Below, piece after piece: positions 48,968-58,565 of a stretch of DNA of 64,000 nt. A model generated the notes under the pieces. It made no database searches. It saw only the letters and a list, made by a program, of their open reading frames with translations, and was not told the DNA's origin. The stretch is taken from NCBI GenBank assembly GCA_001794025.1, contig MGJA01000007.1, forward strand, positions 219 through 64,218, read 5' to 3'. The position numbers and the translations under genes are program-made. Source of the stretch: Candidatus Yanofskybacteria bacterium RIFCSPHIGHO2_01_FULL_41_21. GTDB lineage: Bacteria > Patescibacteriota > Minisyncoccia > 2-02-FULL-40-12 > GWA2-44-9. Position 1 is the first letter of the stretch; each line of letters starts with the position of its first letter.

Positions 48968-50170
48968 GTGGAGTATAAATACCAAACCAAAAATGCAGAC
49001 GGTCAGATTGTGGAGGGGATTATAGACGCGCCATCAGAAGATAGCGCTATTTCTATTCTTCACAGCAAACAAGTCGTTGTTTTATCACTTGAAGAATTTA
49101 AGAAAGACGTTTTTTCTAAAGACCTGAACCAGGTTTTATCAAGAACAACAACAAAAGATATTGTTGTGTTCACACGTCAAATGGCGACACTCATTGAGGC
49201 CGATATGCCCCTCGCCGAAGGTCTTCGTACTCTTGCTCAACAAACCGAGAAACCGGGATTAAAAAAGATAGTCATGGATGTTGCCAAAAATGTTGAAGGG
49301 GGTTCTTCATTGTCATCGGCCCTAAGCAACCACCCCAAGGTATTTACCACTTTCTATATTAAACTGGTCCAATCCGGAGAGGTCTCCGGTAAACTTCAGG
49401 CATCATTATCATATCTGGCTGATTACCTTGAACGCAGTCAAAGTATTAATTCCAAAATAAGAGGAGCGTTAATTTATCCGGCCTTTGTGGTCTCGGCCAT
49501 GATTATCGTTATGCTGATTATGGGCGTCTACGTTTTACCCCAATTGCTTTCAATATTTGAGGACTCGGGCATCACCGAATTACCAATCACGACCAGAATA
49601 CTGATGGCCGGTACGGACTTTCTTAATAATTACCTCTATTACATCTTACTGGTCTTAATCGTTGGGGGCTTTCTAACCGTCCGATTCTTAAAAACAACTA
49701 AAGGTAAGATTTGGCGAGACAACTTCTTAGTCACTATGCCTAGTTTGGGAAAAGTTATTCAAAATCTTTACTTGGCTCGCGTATCCGAGAGTTTGTCTAC
49801 CCTCATTAAGTCGGGGCTACCAATTCTTGATGCTTTGCATATAGCATCCGACCTTGTTGGCAATGAAAACTATAGAAGAATCATTATCGCGGCCGAGGAA
49901 AATGTTCGAAATGGCGGTAATATATCCGAAATTCTTAGCCAATATGCCGAAATGCCACCATTGTTCAGCTCTATGGTCGCCATCGGGGAAAGGACGGGCA
50001 AGCTTGACTACATGCTTGAACACGTCTCTAAATTTTATAAGTCCGAGTCCGAAACAGCCATTGGAAGCATCACCCAGTTAATTGAGCCAATACTGGTCCT
50101 CGTCCTTGGTTTCGGTGTCGCCATCTTGGTTTCCAGTATTTTGTTGCCAATTTATAGTATGGTGGGTTAA
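48968..50170 (+). CDS. pilC: type IV pilus platform protein PilC (GspF family)
   Basis: Two GspF repeats. The start is set at GTG with AGGAG 7 nt upstream (MEYKYQTKNADGQIVEG...). The longer ATG ORF would run through an upstream repeat element. Confidence 0.8.
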   Translation: MEYKYQTKNADGQIVEGIIDAPSEDSAISILHSKQVVVLSLEEFKKDVFSKDLNQVLSRTTTKDIVVFTRQMATLIEADMPLAEGLRTLAQQTEKPGLKKIVMDVAKNVEGGSSLSSALSNHPKVFTTFYIKLVQSGEVSGKLQASLSYLADYLERSQSINSKIRGALIYPAFVVSAMIIVMLIMGVYVLPQLLSIFEDSGITELPITTRILMAGTDFLNNYLYYILLVLIVGGFLTVRFLKTTKGKIWRDNFLVTMPSLGKVIQNLYLARVSESLSTLIKSGLPILDALHIASDLVGNENYRRIIIAAEENVRNGGNISEILSQYAEMPPLFSSMVAIGERTGKLDYMLEHVSKFYKSESETAIGSITQLIEPILVLVLGFGVAILVSSILLPIYSMVG

Positions 50171-50181
50171 TTTTAGTGTTG

Positions 50182-50471
50182 ACACTCACACCTAGTCGGC
50201 TTTATGTATTATTTTTATATTCTGAAAAATGATGAAGGGGGTCTTTATTTTGGTTATACATCAGATTTAAAAAAGAGGATTGAGCAACACAATTCTTCAA
50301 CAACAAGAACAACAGCGGGTAAGCATTGGAAAGTTATATATTATGAAGCTTATTATTCTCAATCCGACGCAAAACACAGAGAATATAGTATAAAGTTGCG
50401 TGGAAATGCTTACCTTCAACTGAAAAGAAGAATTAAGAATTGTGTTGCTGAAGCCGACTAGGTGTGAGTGT
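50182..50471 (+). mobile_element. mini selfish element: GIY-YIG ORF bounded by 21-bp perfect terminal inverted repeats, inserted between pilC and pilA
   Basis: Left inverted repeat acactcacacctagtcggctt at 50182-50202, right inverted repeat aagccgactaggtgtgagtgt at 50451-50471. The ORF fills the interior and its stop codon lies inside the right inverted repeat. Confidence 0.6.
50204..50461 (+). CDS. GIY-YIG nuclease family protein (85 aa)
   Basis: MYYFYILKNDEGGLYFGYTSDLKKRIEQHN has the GIY...YIG motif. Confidence 0.65.
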   Translation: MYYFYILKNDEGGLYFGYTSDLKKRIEQHNSSTTRTTAGKHWKVIYYEAYYSQSDAKHREYSIKLRGNAYLQLKRRIKNCVAEAD

Positions 50472-50541
50472 TGATATCTTAACTTGTACTTTCTAATGAA
50501 CGGCTCATAATAGAGCTAATAAACTAATCTAATTTTCAACC

Positions 50542-51066
50542 GTGTCTATTAAAAAACACTTTCGTCTCTCTAGAGGTTTTACGTTAGTTGAATTGTTGGT
50601 CGTTATCGCTATTATCGGTATTTTGGCGACCTTACTTCTTCTGCAATTAGGTGTCGCTCGTCAACGCGCTAGAGACGTCAAGCGTATTGCTGATGTTAAT
50701 CAGTTAAGAACTTCTGTGGAACTCTACTATGATGATAATGGTTCATATCCGGCCGATATTACTAATACCGAATTAAGTAAATACATGGTTCGGGTTCCAA
50801 CCGACCCATTAGTTGCTGCTACTACTTACGGCTACAAAACAAAAACCGCTGCTAAATTACAGTACCAGGTCTGGACCGAACTTGAACAAAAAGCTCTTGG
50901 TGCTCTTAATGCCGATGCCGACATTAATGCTAGTGCATGGGCTGGACCAGGTAACGCCAGGGGAGGCGTTGATGGCAGAGGGGAAGCCCCGGGTGTCGCT
51001 GAGGCCTGCGCAAACAGTGATACAACAGATAACGAATGTGTCTACGACCAAGGTCAAAATATGTAA
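50542..51066 (+). CDS. pilA: type IV major pilin (prepilin-type N-terminal cleavage/methylation domain)
   Basis: Leader ...RLSRG|FTLVELLVVIAIIGILA with Glu at +5, and two Cys in the C-terminal region. Confidence 0.85.
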   Translation: MSIKKHFRLSRGFTLVELLVVIAIIGILATLLLLQLGVARQRARDVKRIADVNQLRTSVELYYDDNGSYPADITNTELSKYMVRVPTDPLVAATTYGYKTKTAAKLQYQVWTELEQKALGALNADADINASAWAGPGNARGGVDGRGEAPGVAEACANSDTTDNECVYDQGQNM

Positions 51067-51128
51067 CCTCTTATCATAACAATATAAAAACCCCCGCTAA
51101 GTCAGGGGTTTTTATATTGTTATGATAT
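51067..51128 (+). terminator. very long perfect hairpin (~27-bp stem) after pilA
   Basis: cttatcataacaatataaaaaccccc-gctaagtca-ggggtttttatattgttatgatat. T-run only partly present. Confidence 0.55.
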
Positions 51129-51138
51129 AATTCAACCA

Positions 51139-51891
51139 ATGATACTTTTAATAATTCTGGCTGTTCTGGGTGGTCTTATTTATGGCAGTTTTTTAAATGT
51201 TCTTTTGTGGCGCTTACCCGAAGGAAAAGGGATTGGAGGACGTTCTCATTGTCGTGCCTGTCATCACCAATTGGCCTGGTATGACCTAATCCCAGTTTTA
51301 AGTTTCATAATACTTAGAGGGCGGTGTCGGTATTGTCATACAACAATCCATATCAGATATCCGATTGTGGAAATAAGTACTGCTATCGTCCTGGCTTTTT
51401 TCTTCGCTTTGCGTCAACCGCCACTAGGTCTTGAATCAGTAGTAACCGTTTTCGCTCTGCTTGTTTTAGTAAGTTTACTGTTTTTTGATTTATTTTATTT
51501 AATATTACCCGACATAATCCTTCTGCCGACTATTGTCATTTTCACAATTTACGACATCACCAAAACCCAAAACCCACTTTCATACTTCTTAACAGCATTA
51601 CTCTCGGCCAGTTTTTTTGCTATACTTTACGCAGTATCCAAGGGTAAAAATCTGGGTTTTGGCGACGTAAAATTAGCCCTTCTTATTGGTCTAATTCTCT
51701 GCTACCCATTAGGGTTCCTGGCGATTATTGGAGGAGTGTGGTCAGCCACAATTGTAGCGGTCATTCTCCTGATATTAGGAAGGGTTGGACTCAAAGACAA
51801 AATACCTCTAGGTTCGTTTTTGGCTATTTCCACTATTATTTCCGTCATTTTTTATCATGAAATACTCCCACTCACGACATTTTTCCGATAA
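51139..51891 (+). CDS. pilD: prepilin peptidase PilD (A24 family)
   Basis: N-terminal Cys-rich motif CRAC...CRYC and multiple TM helices. Confidence 0.85.
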   Translation: MILLIILAVLGGLIYGSFLNVLLWRLPEGKGIGGRSHCRACHHQLAWYDLIPVLSFIILRGRCRYCHTTIHIRYPIVEISTAIVLAFFFALRQPPLGLESVVTVFALLVLVSLLFFDLFYLILPDIILLPTIVIFTIYDITKTQNPLSYFLTALLSASFFAILYAVSKGKNLGFGDVKLALLIGLILCYPLGFLAIIGGVWSATIVAVILLILGRVGLKDKIPLGSFLAISTIISVIFYHEILPLTTFFR

Positions 51892-52501
51892 GAGAGGGCC
51901 TGTCCCGCCGTTGAAGAGTCGTGCTACTAGTAGACACGCTAATTTAAATTTTTTAAAAAAATACGACTCTTCAACGGCGGGGTTCACTCTAGTTGAAATA
52001 CTGGTCGTCGCAGCAATTATTGGATTTTTAAGCACTTCTCTTATCCTCAATTTTTCTAGGAGTCGGATTAATATTGAGCAGAATGCTAATCTTGTTATGG
52101 CGACCATCCGTGAAGCCCAATCAAAAACCGTTTCCAGTACGATTTATAACGGTTATAATCCATGCGGTTACGGCGTTCATTATATTAGTCCAACTCAACT
52201 GGCTATCTATGTTGGACCAGACGCCGCCACCGCAGACCCAAGTTGTGCGACTATGGATAAACGTTATAACGCTAACCGAGATTCTATTTTAATAACCAGG
52301 ACTTTCATTGATTCCCGTGTTGAAATGAAAAACCCATTTTTAGACATCTTCTTTCTGCCACCGGACCCAAAAACATATTTGGATAATGATGCTTCATTAA
52401 ATGGCTCACCAATTAGTATCCAAATAGGTGTTGCCGGAGAGGCCTGTTCCCAAAATTGCCGAACCATATCCATAGACCCATCCGGAAAAATAGAATATTG
52501 A
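51857..52501 (+). CDS. minor pilin-like protein (prepilin-type N-terminal domain; start uncertain)
   Basis: G|FTLVEILVVAAIIGFL is preceded by an unusually long leader (~40 aa from the ATG). A 19-bp perfect inverted repeat lies inside the leader region. Confidence 0.6.
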   Translation: MKYSHSRHFSDKRGPVPPLKSRATSRHANLNFLKKYDSSTAGFTLVEILVVAAIIGFLSTSLILNFSRSRINIEQNANLVMATIREAQSKTVSSTIYNGYNPCGYGVHYISPTQLAIYVGPDAATADPSCATMDKRYNANRDSILITRTFIDSRVEMKNPFLDIFFLPPDPKTYLDNDASLNGSPISIQIGVAGEACSQNCRTISIDPSGKIEY

Positions 52502-52618
52502 TAATCCCGTTAGAAGTTAACTCAAACATGAATAACATTTTAAATAATATGAAACCTCCTAAACTTGCCACCATTTTGAAGCGGTGGACGTTCGGTAGAA
52601 CTTCTAACGGGATGAAAT
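52502..52618 (+). promoter_or_regulatory. second copy of the pilus-locus inverted-repeat element enclosing a pilin start codon
   Basis: atcccgttagaagtt ...(inner hairpin ccacc/ggtgg)... aacttctaacgggATGaa. It begins 1 nt after the upstream stop codon. Confidence 0.6.
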
Positions 52619-53085
52619 TCCAAAAGGGTTTTACTCTAGTTGAAACCCTTGTTTCACTGGTAATCTTAACGGTTGTCCTTATCCCGATTCTTAACCTTTC
52701 CGATTCTATAACAAGAGTTAATGCTTCTCTCCAAGACAACTTGATTGCCGCTGGTTTAGCCCAAGAGGGGCTTGAAGTTGTTCGGGCTATTCGAGACACT
52801 AATTGGTTCAATAGTCGGGCTTTTGACTCTGGTTTAAACGACGGTACTTACCAAATTGAATGGAATTCAAATACACTACTTTCACTTAACGGCAACCCGG
52901 TACTTAAATTAGACAATGGAAGATATAATTATTCTACCGGCACATCCACAAAATTCAGTAGAGCTATAACAATCACAAAAATTAACACGGGCGAACTCAA
53001 AATTGTTAGCGCTGTAACGTGGACCAGTCGCGGAAGTATAAACAAAAGTATTGATGCCGAATTGCATCTCTTTAACTGGAAATGA
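52612..53085 (+). CDS. minor pilin (prepilin-type; PilV/FimT-like)
   Basis: Classical leader MKFQKG|FTLVETLVSLVILTVVL. The start is set at 52612 rather than at the upstream ORF start. Confidence 0.75.
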   Translation: MKFQKGFTLVETLVSLVILTVVLIPILNLSDSITRVNASLQDNLIAAGLAQEGLEVVRAIRDTNWFNSRAFDSGLNDGTYQIEWNSNTLLSLNGNPVLKLDNGRYNYSTGTSTKFSRAITITKINTGELKIVSAVTWTSRGSINKSIDAELHLFNWK

Positions 53086-53708
53086 TTAATAATTTTCAAA
53101 ATAAATCAGCAAAAAACCAAAGTGGGTTTATCCCGCACATAAAGAACCGCTTTGGAATCAAGCCACGAAGTGGCTACGGTTCATTATGTGCGGGGTTTAC
53201 GATTATTGAGGTTTTGGTCTCGGCCTTTGTTTTTTCAATTATCGCAATCGTCGTTGGCGGTTTATTTGTGCAGATTCTCGCCTCCGAACGCCGAGCTTTT
53301 GCTTCTCAAAAAATTCAGGAAAACGGCCTCTTTATTATGGAACTGATGTCGCGAGAGATACGAGTTAGCCAAATAATGGACAGCGATCAAAATCCATCAG
53401 GGGATTCACCAAATTGTACACTAACCGAATTGACTATCCGACATCCGGTCAATGGTGTTATAAAATACAATCTTCTGAATGATGTTCTTCAGCGTATTAG
53501 TGTTGATGAAAGCGCCACAACTGATTTAAGTTCTTCAACTGTGTCTTTTTCCCGTTTGAATTTTTGCCTTTTAGGTTCTGACCCAGACGATAATCAGCAA
53601 GCTCGGGTCGCTATTCTTACATCAATTCAAAATAAAACCGGTAAAGAAATCGTAACCGCTAACCTAGAGACCGCCGTCTCTTCCCGTGATGTTCAAATTG
53701 AATTCTAA
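53082..53708 (+). CDS. minor pilin-like protein (long leader)
   Basis: G|FTIIEVLVSAFVFSIIAIVVG prepilin core with a ~33-aa leader. The leader region contains a 17/18-bp inverted repeat. Confidence 0.6.
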   Translation: MINNFQNKSAKNQSGFIPHIKNRFGIKPRSGYGSLCAGFTIIEVLVSAFVFSIIAIVVGGLFVQILASERRAFASQKIQENGLFIMELMSREIRVSQIMDSDQNPSGDSPNCTLTELTIRHPVNGVIKYNLLNDVLQRISVDESATTDLSSSTVSFSRLNFCLLGSDPDDNQQARVAILTSIQNKTGKEIVTANLETAVSSRDVQIEF

Positions 53709-54093
53709 TTTACCCCGGCCAGCAGGCGGGGACCAACAAGGATCCGTAATTATATTTACGCTTTTAATATTGGGGAGTATGCTGGCCATAACCCTAGCTC
53801 TGGCAACTATTTACTTGCCAAGAATTAGAGTAATAAGTGACGCCGGAGCCGGTTCAGCCGGTGCCATATATGCCGCTGATAGCGCTATTGAATGGTGTCT
53901 CTATACCTACCGGGAAAATCCACCATTACCGTCACCGGCCATGCCAGTTATGTCCAACGGCGCTACCTACACACTTATACCGCCAACAGGATGTGAGCCC
54001 TCGGCTACACCCGCACCCCTTAGTGTTCAAGCGGTTGGCACATATAACAGCGTCAGTCGTTCTCTACAGGTAAATGTTCAGATAACGCCGTAG
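53686..54093 (+). CDS. pilin-like membrane-anchored protein (PilX-like; no Glu+5)
   Basis: N-terminal hydrophobic helix VIIFTLLILGSMLAITLALATIYL. The gene is last in the pilin-gene run. Confidence 0.45.
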   Translation: MMFKLNSNLPRPAGGDQQGSVIIFTLLILGSMLAITLALATIYLPRIRVISDAGAGSAGAIYAADSAIEWCLYTYRENPPLPSPAMPVMSNGATYTLIPPTGCEPSATPAPLSVQAVGTYNSVSRSLQVNVQITP

Positions 54094-54200
54094 AAGTAGA
54101 CGGAAATTTACAATTACCAATTCACAATTTCCAATGATTGAATAACTGATCAATTGATTCATTGATAATTTATTGAAAATTGAAAACTGTAAATTGATAA

Positions 54201-56243
<2,043 letters not shown>

Positions 56244-56284
56244 CAGTGTTTGATTCCAAAGCTCTTATAATATATAATAAAATT

Positions 56285-56488
56285 ATGACGTATTTAACAG
56301 TTATTCACAAAAGCAAACATGGTTATGACGTACACGTTCCAGCCCTTCCCGGTTGTCATAGTCAAGGCAAGACAAAAAAAGAAGCATTAAGCAATATTCA
56401 AGACGCTATCCTTGCATATCTCTTCATGTCTCAAGATGAACTTAAGGGATCAGAAGTAAAAGAAGTCACGGTTGCCCTCCCTTCTTAA
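56285..56488 (+). CDS. hicB: HicB-family antitoxin
   Basis: YDVHVPALPGCHSQGKTKKEALSNIQDAILAYL matches the HicB core. The start is set at the internal Met. Confidence 0.65.
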   Translation: MTYLTVIHKSKHGYDVHVPALPGCHSQGKTKKEALSNIQDAILAYLFMSQDELKGSEVKEVTVALPS

Positions 56489-56490
56489 GT

Positions 56491-56706
56491 ATGCTGTTCA
56501 CCGACTTATCTGAAAAGCGAGTTGTAACGGCCCTTCAAAAGGGCGGTTTTTGGATTGCAAAAACATTTGGAAAGAAACACGTCGGTATGACAAACGGTAC
56601 AAGAAAAATTATTATACCTCGGACTACAAGAGTTAACCCCTACACATTGAAGGGTATCATTCGAGATGCAGGTTTAACAGACGAAGAATTCAAAAAACTT
56701 TTATAA
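56491..56706 (+). CDS. hicA: HicA-family mRNA interferase toxin
   Basis: GKKHVGMTNGTRKIIIPRTT...LKGIIRDAGLTDEEFKKLL matches the HicA/YcfA pattern. Confidence 0.7.
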   Translation: MLFTDLSEKRVVTALQKGGFWIAKTFGKKHVGMTNGTRKIIIPRTTRVNPYTLKGIIRDAGLTDEEFKKLL

Positions 56707-57721
56707 GCTCCTGTAACTTATTGGCATTGCCATGACTTAATAAACCAAAGTACGACTGAAGGGTTGCTTTGTTATTTTTACGCTCTTTAATACGTTTAAA
56801 CATTCTTCGTTTGGTTGCGGCTCGTAAGACCCGATGATTGGGAAAATGCACCCAACCCAGAAAATCTTCACCGGAGGCAATAGTCCGGATTGAGACCTTA
56901 TTTGGATGAATACTCAGTCCCAATTCTTCAGACAAAAAATCTCCTATTTTCGGCAGAAGTTCTTGAAGCCAATATTTATCATGTGATACTACCACAAAAT
57001 CATCAGCGTATCTGATATAATATTTCGCTTTCATACTATGTTTCATAAACTGGTCAAACTTATTCATGTATATATTTACAAATAATTGGGAGGTGAGATT
57101 GCCGAGTGGCAAGCCGATAGTCGGCTTTATAGAATGGAAACTGCTAATAATCTGATTTATCAGCCATCGTACATCTTGGTCACTTATATAACTGTCAAGT
57201 ATTTGCATAAGCGCAACCTTGTTAACTGAAGCAAAAAACTTTCTGATATCACATTTCAAAACCCAAACGGTTTTGGTATTATTGTAGCTATCTTGATTTA
57301 CAAATAACTGAAAACGATTCAAGGGCTTATGGCTCCCTTTTCCAATCCGGCAAGAATATGAGTCATAAATAAATGTTCGGTCAAAAAATGGATATAAGAT
57401 ACGGTAAATGGCATGATGAAGTAGTCGGTCTCGAACGCTTGCCTTGTGGATACTTCGAGGTTTGGGGTCGGAAATTTTAAAGGCCTCATACCCGCCATGC
57501 CGATATGTTTTGGCCGCGAGATCGCGATGCAGTAAAATAATATTGCTCATCAAGTTTTGTTCAAATTCTTGAACATCTTTGCGTTTTCTTTTTCCGACCC
57601 GAAATTCCTTCCACGCCTCAAGGAGATTTTCAAGAGATATGATATTATCGTAACTATGAGTGAATTTAATTCTCACAAAAATTATGACCCTGTAAGCCCC
57701 CCCCCCCACGGCTTCTGCCAC
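56690..57721 (-). CDS. diversity-generating retroelement reverse transcriptase
   Basis: RT motifs including YIRYADDFVV (YxDD). The DGR-specific motif-4 variant LGNLTSQ (I/LGxxxSQ) is present in place of the QGxxxSP form. A TR/VR pair lies 0.4-1 kb upstream on the same strand. Confidence 0.85.
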   Translation of the reverse strand: MAEAVGGGAYRVIIFVRIKFTHSYDNIISLENLLEAWKEFRVGKRKRKDVQEFEQNLMSNIILLHRDLAAKTYRHGGYEAFKISDPKPRSIHKASVRDRLLHHAIYRILYPFFDRTFIYDSYSCRIGKGSHKPLNRFQLFVNQDSYNNTKTVWVLKCDIRKFFASVNKVALMQILDSYISDQDVRWLINQIISSFHSIKPTIGLPLGNLTSQLFVNIYMNKFDQFMKHSMKAKYYIRYADDFVVVSHDKYWLQELLPKIGDFLSEELGLSIHPNKVSIRTIASGEDFLGWVHFPNHRVLRAATKRRMFKRIKERKNNKATLQSYFGLLSHGNANKLQELIKVF

Positions 57722-57732
57722 TTTTACAGGAA

Positions 57733-58089
57733 GTGAAGATGGCTTACTTGCTCTGGTTTGAATATTACCAAACCATACCTAAAGCGCACAGGCACACCCT
57801 TGGCCAGCAAATAGATAATCTTTGGATTGAAATTATAAAAACACTCGCTGTCGCGAGTTTTTTACCGCGTCAAGAAAAACTGCCTTATGTCCGCTCAACA
57901 ATCCAAAAAGTTGATACATTGAAAATATTGCTGATGATCCTGTGGGAAGCGGGCTCTCTCCAAAACCAAAAATATATCGCACTCTCACTAAAGATTGAAA
58001 TCATCGGTAAAATGTTAGGTGGTTGGAACGGTCAGCTTATAAAACAAAACTCCTCCGAATCTGCCGCTCGGCAATCGAAGGAGAAATGA
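57733..58089 (+). CDS. small helical protein between the reverse transcriptase and template repeat; possible Avd-like accessory protein
   Basis: 118 aa, predicted helical, positioned between the reverse transcriptase gene and the template repeat. Its orientation is opposite to the reverse transcriptase, so assignment is tentative. Confidence 0.3.
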   Translation: MKMAYLLWFEYYQTIPKAHRHTLGQQIDNLWIEIIKTLAVASFLPRQEKLPYVRSTIQKVDTLKILLMILWEAGSLQNQKYIALSLKIEIIGKMLGGWNGQLIKQNSSESAARQSKEK

Positions 58090-58095
58090 AGAGAG

Positions 58096-58218
58096 TTGCG
58101 AGCACGGCGGACGGGTTGTTGACGTTCCAGTCATTGTCGAGCCAGTTGTAGTTCCAGTTCCACGCACCGTCGTTGAAGTAGAAGTACAGGACGTAACGGT
58201 TGCCGTTCGGACTGCGTT
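58096..58218 (-). repeat. DGR template repeat
   Basis: A 123-nt repeat about 99/123 identical to 58580-58702. All 24 mismatches fall at positions that are A on the minus strand of this copy. Read in the variable-repeat frame, these positions give Asn (AAC) codons (NDGAWNWNYNWLDNDWNVNN). Confidence 0.85.
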
Positions 58219-58565
58219 GTGTGAAATGCCTTCTTTGTCCCTGCCCCCTTTGAAGGCCCACGCCGATCTTGGGTTCTATTGTCTTCGGCATCGTAATGCC
58301 CTAGCATCCCACACCAAGTATCTTCAATTTTTGAAGTTTCTGCATACACCGCGCTATCTCAAACACATGGTCGGAAATATTCTGGATGTATGGATACTGG
58401 CTTCGGTAGCGAGAAACCATGGTCGCCCGCATATTCACCTGGTGCCAGTTTTATTATATCAAGATTTTTTGGATAAAAATATCCCTGATGGGCTACGCGT
58501 CAGACGCGTAGCCCATCAGGGCAGAGATCAAAGATCCCGAGAGCCAGAACTTAGTGCCCCAGAAC

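Noticed and set aside
58037-58291. 84-aa minus-strand ORF covering the template repeat (NDGAWNWNYNWLDNDWNVNN)
   Set aside because: It is simply the template repeat read in the variable-repeat frame. The Asn-rich translation arises from template AAC codons, and the template repeat is not expected to be a protein-coding gene.
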